Program-made: the position numbers and the translations under genes
In this document: positions 55,201-57,330 of the stretch, one piece after another
How positions within the stretch are numbered: position 1 is the first letter of the stretch
Layout of the letters: the number at the start of each line of letters is the position of its first letter
From: an uncultured Gammaproteobacteria bacterium
Lineage (GTDB): Bacteria; Patescibacteriota; Microgenomatia; Levybacterales; UBA12049
Assembly (NCBI GenBank): GCA_964416505.1
Contig: CAYQEJ010000004.1
Span: 1 to 57,330, forward strand
DNA: 57,330 bases
Direction: 5' to 3'
The notes under the pieces: model-generated
What the model was told of the DNA's origin: nothing
The model's database searches: none
The model's input: the letters and a program-made list of their open reading frames with translations, nothing else

Positions 55201-57330
55201 TGACCCATCAGATACAAGCACTTTAAAAAGGATCAAGCAATCTGCAGAAGAAGCAAAAGCAAATATAATCAACCTAACTGGTAGCGAAGAAGCTTTCGGT
55301 GAGTTCGATGCATCAATTAATGCTGTTCTTGAGTTCATCAAAGAGCATGGTCATGAAAAGAATATTTCGACAGAGCTACAGTTGCAATTTCAGGACCTAC
55401 AAAATGCTTATGATCAATCTAAGAGGAAATTAATAACCTTAGCTGTAGAGAGAGCCCACTTTAGAATGGCCGAAGACGATCTTAGGCCCGCTATAGATAA
55501 CTATGATGATACCCGTGATGAAATAATTACTGCAACAGGTGAGCAGAAAGAGCAGGCTCGTACCAGAAATCAGGAGACAATAGGTAAATTAATTGAGCTG
55601 ACTGGAAATAAAGATGCTGTAGAAAGATTTGAAAGATCTACAGATGCAGTAGTATCTGCCCTGCAGGCAATTAATCCAGATAATACATTAATTCACCTAA
55701 ATTATGAGATGGATGAAGCTCAAGAGGCTGAAAATCCAACACCCGCTCAATCTCAGCTTCTTGACGCGGTAAAAAACGAAGAAGGATATTTACAAGCACT
55801 TGTAAATCTCAGAGCTGAAATAATTAAGAGAGAATTGGATTCTGCAAATGTAGATTCTTCTTCCCCACCAACCCCTTTTGCCCCTTTGCCTTGGGAAGCT
55901 CCACTTCCAGAAGGTAGCAGTCCGAGGGAACCTGATGAAAGACCGATAATACCTGAATTTCCGGATGGAAGTGTACCAATTGGATACCCTGAGCCAGGCT
56001 TCATCGAACCAGAAGAAGCAGGTCCTCCAACTCCAGCTGAGGTAAGAAGATATCACATAACTATTGCCAGAAATGATGCAGAGCTTTCTGAAAGAGCTAG
56101 GAAAGAAGCAGAGAATTTTCTTCGGGAAGAGATGAAAAGAGGAAGCATATTTAATCCTTTTAATTGGAAAAGAAAAATAGGCTGGAGGCTTGTAGAACAT
56201 GGAAAACGCCACCAATTTGTTGAGCAGATTAGAGATGCAAGACTAAGATCGGGACTTGCTTATGCTGATGTTGATCTCTCCAAAAATGCAGCTTTAAGAA
56301 TAAAGGATGAACATAGAGAGGCGACGATCAGGGATCAAGCAGCTACATTGGAATCTATTGCGCTTGGGGAAGGAAGATCACAACTGATCGAAGATGGACG
56401 AGTAAAACAACTTGTATATGATGAGGTTATTAACCCTACGAGACAAAGATTGGCAGCTACGGGCATCACAGAATCTACGATGGCTGAAATGCAAAAACTT
56501 CTGGGTGATTTTGCAAAAAGACACAGAAAGGAAAAGGGAATTTCTGAAATCTTCGGCGCTGAAGGAAGCCCATATGGTGAAACTGCTTATTATTTCGCAA
56601 CTGATCTTCTAGATATTGCACAGCAAATAAATCGGGACGCTGCTTCCCATGAATTCTCACTAGACATGCTTGATATAAACATAGCTTCAGCAAAAAGCGT
56701 ATCAGAAGGCGAAGTAAAACTTGGTATCGCAGATAGAATAGTAAGATTCGGACAAACAAAAACAGGCGGTGCGCTTAATCCAGCAGTTGTTGGAGGTGCA
56801 ATCTCTCTTGCTCTAAATCCTGCAATTATGGGAGTAAATGCAGCTACTAGAATTCCGGGAGTAGGAATTTTATCAGGAGCATTATCAGGATCAGTTCTCG
56901 CAGCAGCAAGAAGAAATTATGATCTGAAAATGGACATGGCAGCACATCGAGTTGATGTAAAATATGGAGAAAAGACTCCCGAGGGAGCCAAAAGACGAGA
57001 AGCTCTTCAAAGTTTTTCATATAAAGTTGCACCTATTTCTGAAATTCTCTACAAAGATCGTGAGATCACGCCTGAATCCAGACATCCAAGTGCTATGGCA
57101 GCCGATGGAAGAAGCATGGCAACTCTTTTAGATTCTAGTAGAACTGATTTAACAAGCCCTGAAAATCAACAGGCACTTCTTCGAAGGATGGCAGAAATTA
57201 GAGCAAGACTGGATGCTTCTCCAGCGATAGGAATAAATCTTTTAGTTTTTGATACAAATCCTGGCACTTCCATGGGAAGACTCGAACTCGTAAGAGCCTT
57301 AGCAGAAGCAAAAAATAGACTCTCTGAATT
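52226..57330 (+). CDS. Giant hypothetical protein, >=1701 aa, open to the window end (missed by ORF track)
   Basis: Translated by hand from ATG 52226 (SD AAGGAG at 52213-52218) with no in-frame stop through 57328; helical repeats, Pro-rich linkers, late Gly/Ala hydrophobic segment. Confidence 0.9.
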   Translation, partial: MTAETANPTTAIPGGATESATQVVRTETRRRQERIYTAEEVTQAVREGFEFYRSARLGSKEQEFLRDYELETFEQTLAQDQETRTESAVDAAGNTYLINGRARVSGLMTVLAASIKDPEKYSITADERTRFQEIYDTLSDNSSPYLDGKAIKAEKRGKGTGRKSKKSTDIRASLIGDMLQKIDADPRFKGKSKKARLEKATEIIQDQREIYLPKPRKTSQTSTELPAEPTTPSAPSEIPAWVTRNGTGDIPSPVNTSGNAPWLTQTTPLTFEGLANGNGSSGWEPKAKQDEAPWGKPDLPKGVEVRTSQLPEEIIRDAQARKDAAGTPPPPATPPAAEGGASEPEDRTSLMDEALINFENRYADFEYRSDPEVQREMHEAYGESIQRLMELAGDRSAVSEFIQARVSRSMLQSQKDFDVPEEKLKEARDREEAARDKLYELVKNKPASQDLQSKGLALKPAAEAGGTPTSGQEVSGSSISPMERALIDLEADGDSTGRIARTIRERGVDNALTDSIPVGERIRIIQEIADQIGDMPKMPNPTDFDHIADDSESNQAYTTALELAKKQIRAWEDEAQSQYLAHTMPSEGENGLEAIVTKLFKDSDAINAPIWRRALDIQKTIRPGGAPSGRQIPNPQRTVEAPGPQLSEKEQAAIKFIDSATQSYKTEINLSELNKTRIRPTEVVQHEAQAIEKQKDSILLLIGGNQEAFNRYDAIARKRQKFDQKIEEKYGIDRTNLTFQEKAEDRAISDELASSLDELRRLAIEKANSTSLEIPLPIAPPPGTEDSAWAEVLTGALPAELPDSTSQDAWIRALSQALPEGPSGSLRPESIFSDERSETAAREISEKLDVLEMTIGMTSIFSTTEGDRTSHQIESLEKIRQELGEATGSQESVETYIKLIERINALSSADVLNEGFRAELDDLKSEKERVKAELIRLALEKNGLSVPPEPEAPEAENPLRQRFEAAKKLVELDIDSETDKYTEDIGDLTNPDDPSDTSTLKRIKQSAEEAKANIINLTGSEEAFGEFDASINAVLEFIKEHGHEKNISTELQLQFQDLQNAYDQSKRKLITLAVERAHFRMAEDDLRPAIDNYDDTRDEIITATGEQKEQARTRNQETIGKLIELTGNKDAVERFERSTDAVVSALQAINPDNTLIHLNYEMDEAQEAENPTPAQSQLLDAVKNEEGYLQALVNLRAEIIKRELDSANVDSSSPPTPFAPLPWEAPLPEGSSPREPDERPIIPEFPDGSVPIGYPEPGFIEPEEAGPPTPAEVRRYHITIARNDAELSERARKEAENFLREEMKRGSIFNPFNWKRKIGWRLVEHGKRHQFVEQIRDARLRSGLAYADVDLSKNAALRIKDEHREATIRDQAATLESIALGEGRSQLIEDGRVKQLVYDEVINPTRQRLAATGITESTMAEMQKLLGDFAKRHRKEKGISEIFGAEGSPYGETAYYFATDLLDIAQQINRDAASHEFSLDMLDINIASAKSVSEGEVKLGIADRIVRFGQTKTGGALNPAVVGGAISLALNPAIMGVNAATRIPGVGILSGALSGSVLAAARRNYDLKMDMAAHRVDVKYGEKTPEGAKRREALQSFSYKVAPISEILYKDREITPESRHPSAMAADGRSMATLLDSSRTDLTSPENQQALLRRMAEIRARLDASPAIGINLLVFDTNPGTSMGRLELVRALAEAKNRLSE
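53586..53599. repeat. REP-like palindrome core copy 3 (AAGGCC-T-GGCCTTG) inside the giant ORF
   Basis: 14-nt match to the core of copies 1 and 2; read in frame as K-G-L-A-L. Confidence 0.55.

Noticed and set aside
52272-57032. Several 60-150-aa ORFs listed in the ORF track in this interval
   Set aside because: All are antisense or out-of-frame shadows of the single giant ORF starting at 52226.
1-57330. CRISPR arrays, tRNA/rRNA/riboswitches, IS elements, prophage or integrase
   Set aside because: No regularly spaced direct repeats, cloverleaf-compatible segments, or transposase/integrase motifs seen; intergenic gaps are mostly under 200 bp.
1-57330. Alternative genetic code (UGA as Gly, as in Gracilibacteria/SR1)
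   Set aside because: Conserved genes end cleanly at TGA (e.g. tsaC, ftsE, tkt neighbours) and are full length under code 11.

Overview
57.3 kb of low-GC, gene-dense bacterial chromosome (TGA/TAA/TAG all act as stops, i.e. standard code 11). The gene content (DUF5663, DUF5679, DUF4446, DUF3048, shortened AspRS and TsaB, partial glycolysis/pentose-phosphate cluster, many start/stop overlaps) suggests a Patescibacteria/CPR genome, probably Microgenomates; this is inference, as no rRNA is present. In order: an AT-rich glycan-modification locus (2 nucleotidyltransferases, GT2, SGNH, carbamoyltransferase with SxtJ/SxtK-like partners); gltX, a D,D-carboxypeptidase, aspS, a RelA/SpoT-like orphan, recJ, cca, ABC transporter, yqeY, secDF; a small accessory islet; a ~20 kb minus-strand run (nucleotide-sugar/GT39 glycosylation genes, tsaBCE, two coiled-coil hydrolases, ftsEX, prfB); pfkB-aldolase-rpiB versus tkt-gap; uppP and an MGMT-family gene. 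The window ends with DUF5663 and a >=1701-codon giant ORF that the supplied ORF track missed because it runs off the window. No tRNA, rRNA, CRISPR array, integrase or transposase was found. Strongest leads: the giant repeat protein; a circularly permuted M23 peptidase with a paralog carrying the same coiled coil but a C39-like domain next to ftsEX; a divergent RelA/SpoT-type synthetase domain; a REP-like palindrome family with one copy in-frame inside the giant ORF; and widespread leaderless-type promoter geometry contrasting with a few strong Shine-Dalgarno genes. All assignments come from motif reading by eye; no database searches were run.
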